A stretch of 64,000 bases of DNA. It comes from an uncultured bacterium. GTDB lineage: Bacteria > Verrucomicrobiota > Verrucomicrobiia > Verrucomicrobiales > DEV007. The translations under genes and the position numbers were made by a program. The stretch lies in NCBI GenBank assembly GCA_963977015.1, contig CAXBMO010000025.1, positions 1 through 64,000 on the forward strand. Direction: 5' to 3'. Positions 20,699 through 30,100 of this stretch are shown here, piece after piece; the stretch's first letter is position 1, and each line of letters opens with the position of its first letter. The notes below the pieces were generated by a model. The model ran no database searches. It worked only from the letters and a program-made list of their open reading frames with translations, and was not told where the DNA came from.

Positions 20699-20807
20699 GA
20701 CTGGAACTCGCTCATTGACCTAGCCTAACCGGTATCCACAACGCTCTGGACGTTTGTTGCCTGCTTCCGGCCGGGGACGTTGGTAAAGACGAATTGGAAT
20801 TTCGTGC

Positions 20808-21090
20808 GTAAGCGTCACCCCCGCCACCTCTTGATTTGTCACGATGTTTACGCTGCCTCCAAGATCTTGGCCGATCGATCTGCAAATGCCCGTGGTGTGA
20901 TCTCTCCGATTTGTTGGTTAGTCATGCTTGGCAACCGCTCGAAGATTTCCCGAAAATACCCGATTGGCTCGACCCCGTGGTTGCGGCAACTGACGATCAA
21001 CGAATAGATCAACGCGCTGCGCCAGCCTGCGGCCTCACTGCCTATGAACAGCCAGTTCTTTTTACCGATAGCAGTCGGACGGCATGAACC
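20808..21090 (+). mobile_element. Truncated IS66-family element end (no transposase)
   Basis: GTAAGCGTCACCCCCGCCACC resembles the IS66 terminal IR (GTAAGCG...); adjacent reading (DPVVAATDDQRIDQRAAPAC..AYEQPVLF) resembles ORFs I recall from IS66 ends. Confidence 0.55.
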
Positions 21091-21171
21091 AACGCGTTAT
21101 TGGGGACGGGGCTTTTTTACGTAGCAATTGTGGCACCAAAAATGCAGCGGCAATTAAGGGAATCAGCCCCA

Positions 21172-21849
21172 TTAGGGAGAATTACTCAGAAAATCAACGA
21201 CTTCCGTATGGCCATTCCTCCGTGCCATCTCTATTGGCGTTGTGCCAAAGGAATCGATATTGTTGACGTTAGCGCCCTTCTCAACAAACCATTTCACTGT
21301 ATCTAGTCTGCCAGTTAGAGCTGCTACGTGCAAAGGTGTTCGCCCATTTGAGACGGCTTCCTCAATATTGTCGTAGCCAAGTTTCATTAGATAATCCAAT
21401 ACGTCTACTGGACCATACTGTGCCGCATTACAGAGCAGCCCTTGACTTTTCTCTAGATCAGCTCCTGATTCCACCAGTAACTTGGTCTGCTCTAGACCAG
21501 AAGAAACGGCCATTTTGAGGGGGCTTGAACCATAGACGCTTTTCAAATTTACATTGGCCCCTGATTCTACCATTAATCGAACTAATTCTGGGTGCCTCAT
21601 ACCCATATGAAGCAAGAACTCGCCTCCAACATTGACCGGTTCATTCAATTCGAGCCCTGCTTCGATCAACAGGTTGAGGAACGCAGAATGTCCTTTCTGA
21701 GTGGCTAAGATCGCGGGCGAAGGATTCTTGCGGGATTCCACATAAACTTCTCCCCCTTTAGCGAGATATTTCTTCAAATATTCGATGTCACCGGCTATCG
21801 CAGCTTTAAAAATCGGATGGCCATCTTTGAGTGACTTGTGCTTTCTCAT
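21172..21849 (-). CDS. Ankyrin repeat protein
   Basis: GRTPLHVAA, GANVN, GTTPIEMARRNGH, GSSPLKMAV. Confidence 0.92.
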   Translation of the reverse strand: MRKHKSLKDGHPIFKAAIAGDIEYLKKYLAKGGEVYVESRKNPSPAILATQKGHSAFLNLLIEAGLELNEPVNVGGEFLLHMGMRHPELVRLMVESGANVNLKSVYGSSPLKMAVSSGLEQTKLLVESGADLEKSQGLLCNAAQYGPVDVLDYLMKLGYDNIEEAVSNGRTPLHVAALTGRLDTVKWFVEKGANVNNIDSFGTTPIEMARRNGHTEVVDFLSNSP

Positions 21850-21889
21850 TCGTTAAAAGGGGCTCGTCTAGACCCGACCGCAAGCTACT

Positions 21890-23407
21890 TCACTCGTCCT
21901 TGGCGCCCCCCAGGGTCACGTTGATGCCGTATTTGGTCTGCAAATGCGCGTGAGCTCGGCTCGCCTGAGACGTTTTGGGATAACTTCTGCAAGTAAGTTG
22001 GAATGCCTTGATCGCATTTTCTTTCTGGCCGGCTTCTTCGTAGGTATAACCGATCTGAATGCTCGCTTCCGGCGCGGATGACTCATGGGATTTGGCCTGG
22101 CCGTAGAGTGAGAGCGCTTCCTTGGCCTGCTTGAGTTGCCGGTGGCAGCTCGCCATGCGGAAGTAGTTGCTTGGGAAGCGATCCACCTGGCGATAGGTTT
22201 GAATCGCATTTTTCCAGTCTCTCTTGCCTTCGTAGCACTCCGCGATCGCCCAGAGGTAATCATTGATCCCATCCGGATGCTGTTCGATCAGGCTGCGATA
22301 CATCTCAATCGCCTCGTCGAGCTTGCCCTCCTCGCGCAGCATGGAGGCGATGCTTCGAGTTCCATTGACCTGGTTTTCGTAGCGACCGTAGGTCTGCTTC
22401 GCTTTTTCCCGGTCCCCAATGGCCCGGTAGTGATTGGCGATTTGCCCCAACAGATTGTCATCGCTTCCCAACAGTTTCCCGATCCGTTCATAGGTTTGCA
22501 GAACCTTCTCCTCTTCGCCGAGCGAACGGTAAACCGCTGCCACCCGGTTCAGATTATCCCAGGCAGGCCGGCGATTCTGTTGATCCTCCAGGTCCGCGGG
22601 AACCTGCGTTTCCAAGTAGTCAATCAACATGGAAGCCAGCTTCCCGGCCTGGTCCCGGGTCTCATCGGACCGATGCAGGTTGGCAACTGCACCGCGACCA
22701 TATTCATAGACGTAGTGAGCCAGTTTGCCGTCCTTTTCCTGGTAACTGGTCTTCAACGCCTTCAGGCCATTCCCGAAATCAGCATTCGAGAAGTAATAAA
22801 TCGACAACGACCGAGAAGCAGAAGCACAAGGTTCCCGGGTCACCTCCGTCCTGGTGGAATTGAAGGTGAGATCTTCCAACAATGTCAACCGGGCTTCTTC
22901 ATCCTTGGCCGTCTCGGCCATTTTGAGAAGGTTCACCTTGGCCAGCACCGGAATCGGGCCATTTGGATGCGCTTCCATCAGTTCCTGGTAAGCGGCCTTG
23001 GCTTTTTCCACTTCCCCAATGTCCTGAAACGAGCGGCCGATGAGAAACGAAGCCAACACCGCTTCCGGAGAATTCGGCCAATAATCGATCACGGACTGGA
23101 AGCCTTCGCGAATCGCCGTGTTCACTTTTCGCAGGCGAACCTGGCAGTGACTCCACATCAACTGCGCATAAGGTGCGCCAACGCTGGTTTCATACAAAGT
23201 GAGGAACTTCTCATACTCGTCGAGGGCAATCTTGTATTCCTCGTTCAGGTAGTGCTTTTCGGCGATCTGTAGCTGGTAACGTTCGACCTCCCGCATCTTG
23301 CCGTAGCTTTCGATCGGGATTTGCTCGACCCAGCTGAGTTTGGCGCCGAAAGCGCTTGGGAGGAGGCCGAGAGCAAGAGCGAGGATGGGCAAGAAGGCGC
23401 GGGACAT
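21890..23407 (-). CDS. Secreted tetratricopeptide repeat protein
   Basis: Signal peptide; repeated TPR helices (A...Y..L...YP). Confidence 0.88.
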   Translation of the reverse strand: MSRAFLPILALALGLLPSAFGAKLSWVEQIPIESYGKMREVERYQLQIAEKHYLNEEYKIALDEYEKFLTLYETSVGAPYAQLMWSHCQVRLRKVNTAIREGFQSVIDYWPNSPEAVLASFLIGRSFQDIGEVEKAKAAYQELMEAHPNGPIPVLAKVNLLKMAETAKDEEARLTLLEDLTFNSTRTEVTREPCASASRSLSIYYFSNADFGNGLKALKTSYQEKDGKLAHYVYEYGRGAVANLHRSDETRDQAGKLASMLIDYLETQVPADLEDQQNRRPAWDNLNRVAAVYRSLGEEEKVLQTYERIGKLLGSDDNLLGQIANHYRAIGDREKAKQTYGRYENQVNGTRSIASMLREEGKLDEAIEMYRSLIEQHPDGINDYLWAIAECYEGKRDWKNAIQTYRQVDRFPSNYFRMASCHRQLKQAKEALSLYGQAKSHESSAPEASIQIGYTYEEAGQKENAIKAFQLTCRSYPKTSQASRAHAHLQTKYGINVTLGGAKDE

Positions 23408-23488
23408 GAATGTTGACTTCGGTTTGAATTTACTGAGACCTCACCACATCGGAAAACGTCCAAACTTTTCGCCGAATCAGACAAATAG

Positions 23489-24958
23489 TCACTCTCTTGC
23501 GGATTTCTCTCCGTTCTTCTCCTCGTTCACGGAGTCGAGCCACTTGTTGTATTCCACGTGGGCGTAAAAAATGACGTTCGTGCCAAGTTCGTAGCAATGC
23601 TCCCAAATCTGGCGTTTGACCCCGGCATGACCGTCGGCCCAGGCATCACCAATATCACCGGGATGGTAGTAGGCAACGAGCCGGCCATTGACAACCCAAC
23701 CCCAGGCATCCTTTCCTCCGTGCGGCGCGACGTAGGGCAGAAACGGAATCTGGTAGGGCGTGGTGTGAATCGGGTGATCAAGTGGAACCCGGACGGCTTT
23801 CACGGTGGGAAGAACTTTCTGCATCAGCGCGAAAAACTGACCGTGCCAGCCCCCGCTGCCACCGTTGTCGCCAAAGAGCATGCCGTGTTTGTCGATGAGA
23901 TATTCCCGCAGTACCTCAACGTCATGGTTGGAGACCGCGATGTTGCGCTGGCCTGTCATGTAAAGAAATGGAGGGCTTTTTCCGACCGGGAAGTTCTTGA
24001 GCTCGGAAATGCGTCGAGACTCGGTGCGGTCGTGGACCTTGTGGCCCGTCCGGATGCCATATTCCAACAGCATGTTCAAATCCGCGCCGACACCGAAGTC
24101 CTGATCCCAATCCCCGCCAGGATATTCGATCCGTATAAACCTGACTTTGCCCCGATTGGTTCCTCCGGCGAACCCGGCCCCCTCCCCCGCGCCATAGCCG
24201 ACCTCGTAAGCGTGCTTGGTCACTTCCTGGAGCTCAAGCTTCACGTGCTCAATGTCCGGCGGATTGAATATGATCGAGCTGAACGGATTGATGACGATTT
24301 TCTTTTCGATGATCTTCTGAATCTTGACGACCTGCTTCTGTTTCTGTTCGCCGCCACCCGCTGGCATCTCGTAGATTTCCCGGCAGCCGGCCAGATTCGT
24401 GAGCAGGAAAAACGAGAGCAAAAACATCGCGGTATAGCTCAGGAAGGTAAACAGCGATTGATCCAGCTTGCGGTAGGCCTTCCGGTAAAAACAGGCGGCG
24501 AGATTGAGCGGGTTCAAAACGCGCTTGTTCTCAGGCTGAGGACCAGAGAGTTGCAGGCGGGCGGCCCGCGTATCGACGAACCGGACCACCCAGGCCAGAC
24601 CGATCAAGAACACGCCGGCCAGGGCCAGATAACCGAGGACGACGGAAAGACTTTGCAGCATCCGTCCCAGACCACCTGGCATGGCAATGACTTTCTCTTC
24701 ACCAATCTGAATACGAAGCGCCGCCAGTTCCCGAACCGTTATCACGAGCCACTGCGAACCCGTCACAAAAAGGACCGTCGAGGCGACACTCCGTCGCAAT
24801 CCCGGTTCGGTGGAGTTTTTACGATATCCAAACCATGCTCCCGCCGCAAATCCGGTAAATCCCAGCCACTGCCCCCAGATCGGAAGTTGATACCAAGCCA
24901 CCCAGTCGCACCAGAGCAGCGACCAAAGAAGGACTAGGAAGATGAAGAGGAATCGCAT
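23489..24958 (-). CDS. Multi-pass membrane protein with C-terminal DUF4159 domain
   Basis: About 5 hydrophobic segments; Y.GGDWD, PFLYMTG, LREYL...GMLFGD, PLDHPI, GDIGDAW, LGTNV. Confidence 0.8.
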   Translation of the reverse strand: MRFLFIFLVLLWSLLWCDWVAWYQLPIWGQWLGFTGFAAGAWFGYRKNSTEPGLRRSVASTVLFVTGSQWLVITVRELAALRIQIGEEKVIAMPGGLGRMLQSLSVVLGYLALAGVFLIGLAWVVRFVDTRAARLQLSGPQPENKRVLNPLNLAACFYRKAYRKLDQSLFTFLSYTAMFLLSFFLLTNLAGCREIYEMPAGGGEQKQKQVVKIQKIIEKKIVINPFSSIIFNPPDIEHVKLELQEVTKHAYEVGYGAGEGAGFAGGTNRGKVRFIRIEYPGGDWDQDFGVGADLNMLLEYGIRTGHKVHDRTESRRISELKNFPVGKSPPFLYMTGQRNIAVSNHDVEVLREYLIDKHGMLFGDNGGSGGWHGQFFALMQKVLPTVKAVRVPLDHPIHTTPYQIPFLPYVAPHGGKDAWGWVVNGRLVAYYHPGDIGDAWADGHAGVKRQIWEHCYELGTNVIFYAHVEYNKWLDSVNEEKNGEKSARE

Positions 24959-24988
24959 GGATGAAAAATTCGAAACTCTACCGAGTTT

Positions 24989-25537
24989 CTAATCCAGCCC
25001 TTCAAGCAGATCGTCGGAAGCGCTTTCCAGCGGATTGACGTTCAGTGGGGCTGTGACGGTGTCGCCGACGCCGAGCTTGTCGACGATTTCCTGGCCGTTG
25101 TTCAGATTGACACCAGCGGCGTCCGACGGTGTCTCGGTCGCCGGATTCGGTGATGGATTGGCTGCAGGCTGCTCCGCGGAGGTCGACGCCGCAGCAGCGG
25201 TTTCTTCCATTTCCCCAACTTCGTTTCCTGCGCCGCCAAATTGCAGTTCCCAAAAATAGGGCCCGACAGTGAAGATCGCGGTGGCAACGGCGAATGCAAA
25301 GGTCGCGGTGAAGAAACTTTTTCCCAATCCGCTCGTCGCAATCGCTCCAAGCACCTCTTTGGGGCTTTTGCCTTCCATCTTGGCAAGAAAAGCGCGGAAT
25401 TCCGATGCCACGGCAGTGGAATTCTGCTGGAGATTGCGGACGTCCTGAGCCGGGCTGGCCAGCGGCGTCTGCTTGAGTTGCGATTCCGGCATCGGGTTCG
25501 GTTCCGTGTCAGGGTTTGGGACAGGTCGGATACTCAT
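24989..25537 (-). CDS. Hypothetical single-pass membrane protein
   Basis: GKSPKEVLG, TM helix, Ala/Pro/acidic tail; operonic with exbD; start may be ~25492. Confidence 0.7.
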   Translation of the reverse strand: MSIRPVPNPDTEPNPMPESQLKQTPLASPAQDVRNLQQNSTAVASEFRAFLAKMEGKSPKEVLGAIATSGLGKSFFTATFAFAVATAIFTVGPYFWELQFGGAGNEVGEMEETAAAASTSAEQPAANPSPNPATETPSDAAGVNLNNGQEIVDKLGVGDTVTAPLNVNPLESASDDLLEGLD

Positions 25538-25563
25538 AATGATTCACTGTTTACTGAAAATGT

Positions 25564-25980
25564 TCACTGACCTTCCTCCGCTTGGTGCTGCTCAACAATA
25601 TGGACCAAATCTCCGCCCGCAACGCTGATCGCCTCGATGGCTGGCTGAAACGAACCAGCTTTTGCCTCATGGTGGACTTTCAGAAAAACGGTCCGCTTCC
25701 CGGGCGGAGTGTCACTCAGGATCTCTTTGAGTGCGGCGGACAAGCTTGCGGGGTCGATCTCTTCACCGTTCAGATGAGTGGCTTCATCCACGTCAATCGC
25801 AACACTCGCGAGCGGTGAGCCGACCGCTTCCGGATCCGGAATTTCTGCCGGAGTCCAGACAACATGACTGTCATCCACAGCCTTGGCCAGAATGATGAAG
25901 AAGATCAGCAGCAGGAAGGCAATATCCCCCATCGCCATGGACGGAACATTCGCCTCAAAGGTTTTGCGGGGAATCTTCAA
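25564..25980 (-). CDS. exbD: ExbD/TolR family protein
   Basis: AMGDIAFLLLIFFII TM with conserved Asp. Confidence 0.88.
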   Translation of the reverse strand: MKIPRKTFEANVPSMAMGDIAFLLLIFFIILAKAVDDSHVVWTPAEIPDPEAVGSPLASVAIDVDEATHLNGEEIDPASLSAALKEILSDTPPGKRTVFLKVHHEAKAGSFQPAIEAISVAGGDLVHIVEQHQAEEGQ

Positions 25981-26405
25981 TCTACGATCACGGTTTGTTG
26001 TTGCTCCAACTGTAGCGTCACCACCCCACCGGCTTTTTGGATCAATCCCGTCACGTCCATCCAGCGTTGATAGGTTACATCGTCGGAACTTTTCAGAATC
26101 ACCACCCGGTCCGCCTCCTCCTTTTTGCCAGCGAGCAACTGTTTGAGCTTCGATTCCAGAGTTTCGAGGCTGATGATCTCACTGTTCACGACCACGGTCG
26201 ACTCCGTCACCGAAACTTCCAGGTTCTGGTTTTGCTCTGCCTTGTCCGGCGTGTCTTCAGTGTTGGGAATATCCTGTGGCCGCCCCTCGTCCGGCTGCAC
26301 TGACGCCGCGACGAGGAAAAACACGATCAGCGTGAACGCGATATCACTCGTCGCGCTGGCGGGCGCTTCGACAAGGAGCTTTTTCCGTCTTCCCCGGAGC
26401 GTCAT
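25977..26405 (-). CDS. exbD: ExbD/TolR family protein
   Basis: ATSDIAFTLIVFFLV; VILKS..DV.YQ....V...IQKAG. Confidence 0.88.
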   Translation of the reverse strand: MTLRGRRKKLLVEAPASATSDIAFTLIVFFLVAASVQPDEGRPQDIPNTEDTPDKAEQNQNLEVSVTESTVVVNSEIISLETLESKLKQLLAGKKEEADRVVILKSSDDVTYQRWMDVTGLIQKAGGVVTLQLEQQQTVIVD

Positions 26406-27094
26406 CGTTCGAGCGTGAGTTGTACGGAGACCGCCTCCAAAAGGTTCGCAGCCGACGCTTCAACGTCGAGGACGAAGTCGTTGATCACGCTCATGAAATA
26501 GTTGAAGGACATGTAGGTTGGGATGCCGATGATGAGCCCGAAGCAGGTCGTGAGCAGCGCCGTCATGATCCCCTGTGCCGCCAATTCGACGATGCTCCCC
26601 TCTCCCGCCTTGTTCACGATGTCGTAGAACGCCACGATCATCCCTTGCACGGTTCCCAGGAACCCGATCATCGGAGCCACACTTGAAATCGTCGCCAAGA
26701 TGGGCAAATGCCGCTCCAAAGCGGCCACGACGCGAACCCCGTAGGCTTCCATGCTCTTGGTGACCTGTTCCTCGATCCGTTGGGGTTCGTAGTTCAACTC
26801 ACGCAGCACCAGGTATTTGCGTAGTCCGTTGCCTAGCACCGCTGCGATTGGCCCCCGGTTTTCGTCGCACAAATTCATTGCATCCTCGATCTTGCCATCA
26901 GCGAGCAGATCTATCACTCCGGCGCGGATCTGGGATGCCGATTTGTCCAGGATCTTGAGACTGCGCCAGCGTTCGATGATCACGGCAGTCGCCAAAATCC
27001 CGAGAATCAGGATCGGCCACATGAAAAATCCGCCCTGAATCAGGTAGCCAAGGGCACCAGAGTTGAGCATGTCAGAGATGGAAAAAGCGAGCAT
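26402..27094 (-). CDS. exbB: MotA/TolQ/ExbB proton channel protein
   Basis: GGFFMWPI, APMIGFLGTVQGMI, LAAQGIMTALLTT.FGLIIGIP. Confidence 0.93.
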   Translation of the reverse strand: MLAFSISDMLNSGALGYLIQGGFFMWPILILGILATAVIIERWRSLKILDKSASQIRAGVIDLLADGKIEDAMNLCDENRGPIAAVLGNGLRKYLVLRELNYEPQRIEEQVTKSMEAYGVRVVAALERHLPILATISSVAPMIGFLGTVQGMIVAFYDIVNKAGEGSIVELAAQGIMTALLTTCFGLIIGIPTYMSFNYFMSVINDFVLDVEASAANLLEAVSVQLTLER

Positions 27095-27140
27095 ATTGGT
27101 TTCGGACTATCAGATGGTATCAGCGGTGTCAATGGACGGG

Positions 27141-30100
27141 CTATTGCTCGTCTTCCACGGTGGCGGCTTCGCGTTCAAATTGGGCCAGCATTTCCGGCAG
27201 CGCGAGACGCCCACGAGCATACTTGGCGGCGTCAGATTCCGGAAAATCCCAGCGGCAGCGATTGTAGCGACGGAAGGCGAACGAAACATTGTTGGCCTGC
27301 CGGTAACTCTCGCCCGACCAGAAGAGCGCCTGAGCCGTTAGTTCGTCCTCCGGAAAACGCTTCACGAAGTCGTCAAACATGAGCCCGGCAGTGGTGAAGT
27401 TCTCGGCCTTGTAAAAACATTGCCCCGACCGAAACGCCATCCGCGGGGCGTGTTCGTGACTCTCGAAGCGTTCCATGAATTTCTGACCGACCTGGGCCGC
27501 GACCATGTATTCCTCGTTGCGATAGAAGTGCTCATTGATCCGAATCATAACGCTGGAGATAAGCGGATTCTGCGGATAAGTCGCGGCGAGGGTCACATAG
27601 GCTTCGAGCGCGTCGTCAAAGCGGGAGGCTTCCTCGTAGCATTGTCCCAACTTGTACTGCGCATCGGCCGCGAGGGTGTGGTCCGGATATTGGCGGACGA
27701 TGGTTTCATAGGACGTGATGGCCTGATCCCAATCCTTCAACTCCTGGGCAAACTGCCCAAGCAAATAAGCAACACGCGGGGCGTATTTGGGATCCGGATA
27801 ATCTTCCTGGAGCTCCTGAAGGACCCGCCGCCCGTTCTCCAAGTCTTCATAGGCATTATCCTGACGCTCCAAATTGAGGTGACTCTTGAATAGCTCAAAA
27901 TAGCTCTCCGCGATGTGGAACTGCGTCTGAATCGCGAGGGATTCATCGCCGAAGACCTTGGTGAAAGCCGCCACGGCGCCATCGGTGCCATCGGAAACGG
28001 GAATCTCAGTCTCAAGTTCGATGGGTTCGTCCTGACTGGCGGGTCGGGAGTCGACATATTTCGCCAACATCTGCTCACCAAAGAAGGCCTCCAGATTGGG
28101 TGCCTCGGGCGTGTAATTGCCAGGCGTCGGCTTGCTCTGCGCCTTGAGCCTGAAGCTGCCGGTAAAAACCCCACTGTGACTCAGCGTCTCCTCCAACTCG
28201 ACGCTCTCCTCCTCGCCATGGGTGGACGCAATCTGCAGCGTGAGCTTGTCGCGTTCACCGCTCCGGTCCTGATCAGGATCGGTCAAACGCAGGTAGAGGC
28301 GCTCGCCGACTTGCACACCTTCCACTGCTTCCTCATAAGCACTGTCGGTCGCGGCAAGTTGGGCGTTGCCGAGAAGTCTTCCCTGGTCGACGTGGGTTGT
28401 CGCTTCCTGGGAAGGCGTATCAGAATCCAGGTAGGTTGCGGAGACCGTGTCCGCACCGGTCAAATTAAGGACGCTGAGCATCGACAGATCAAGACTGCCT
28501 GAAGTGGTCTGTCCAGTTAGAGGATCAACGTCAGAAGGAGGGAGTGCGCGGCCAACCAAGTTGTTGGGTAAATCAGGAGTCCGCGGAATCAACCTCGGAC
28601 TGTCCGGCCCACCCAGCCTCATCAGCACCTGACCAACGAAGCGGCCTTCCTGAAGTGCAGGATTCCGGACACCAACGAGCGTTTCATTCAAGTCCGAGAA
28701 GGCCGTAGAGACGAAGCACTCCACCTCGGTCGGCGTTGCCGCCGGATCTGGGTTCCCATTCAGAGTAAGCTGAACCTTCACCGTGCTCAGTGAATCACGC
28801 GCCGCGTCGGGATCGATCACCTCCACCGTGAGCGGGACATCGTAACTCAGCCCCTTAATCTTGGCGCCATCGCTGCCCGGCAGGTAGGTGACCTCCATCT
28901 GCCGATTCGTCTCTGGATCGGCGGGAGTGGAACGCGTTTCGATAATCCGCATCTTGGCGTCGGTCGGCTCGCGGACGTAAACCACGGCTTCGCGATCGAT
29001 CGCATGACCCGGAAAGGTGTTTTCCTGATCCCGATAGGTGACAAAGACCTGCTGTCCCGGCTTGAGCGCCAGCTTCGGCAAATCGGGCTTCGGCTCACTC
29101 TCCTCGCCGTTCGGAGTTTCCCCGCTAGCGGGTGTTTGCGCCGGCGCGGGTTCCGGCATATCCGGATTGTAAGAGTCGATCTCGGTTTTGAAGATGCCGG
29201 ATGTTTCCTCGGTTTCGTAGGCCACCAGTTCAACGATTTCGCCGTCGCCAACCTGAACCTTGAGAGGAATCTTGTCTTCCTGACCGGTGGCATCCATGTC
29301 GTAATCCACGATCTCTATCGTAATCCGTTCCCCCGGGTCGATGCGGAGAAGATCCTTGGTAATCTCGACCACCTGGCCATTGGGGTTGCGGATAAAATCG
29401 TAGGAGATCGGGCTGATCGAGCCGTTGTAATAAGTTGCGTTAAGCGATTGAGTCAGCGCGCGATTCCGTGGATTGCCCCCGGTGGGAAGCTCGTCGATAT
29501 AGGTCGACTCAATCTGGTCGCCGGGAGTCAATTCCAGAACGTTGTTACTGCTGAGCATGAGGAGATCTGCCTCGGCCGGGATATATTGTTCTTCCGGCCC
29601 GGAAACGGTGACGCTGTTGATTGCGACCGCCTGACCAAGGTACTCATCCACAACGAAGCGGACGTGACGAAGTTCGCGCGGCTCAATCTCGAACTTCCAA
29701 TGTCCGTTGTCGTCGACTCCCATCGTGCCCATTTTGTAGTCACCGATCGTTTTGAGGTCGGCGACGAACGCCTGGGTGAGATCGAAATCCTCGGGAATAA
29801 AACGCATCGTCCGAACTTCGCTGATGTTTGGATTCTCCCGTGCTCGGCGAACTTCCACGGGACGCTGGGCGGAATCCGTGGACGTCGTGAAAAAGACCAG
29901 GTCATGGAGCCCAGCTTCAAGAAACACATCGACGTGAATCTGCTGCTGAACGGGCACCGGTGGTTGAAAGAGAAATCCATCAATCGAGGCAGCGCAAAAT
30001 TGGCCGCGCATCTCAAATCTCACGGCGCCATCACGCGGCTGAACAAAGGTCCCCTGCCATACGACCGCAACAGGATCAGGGCGGCGCTGGCGTCGGGCTT

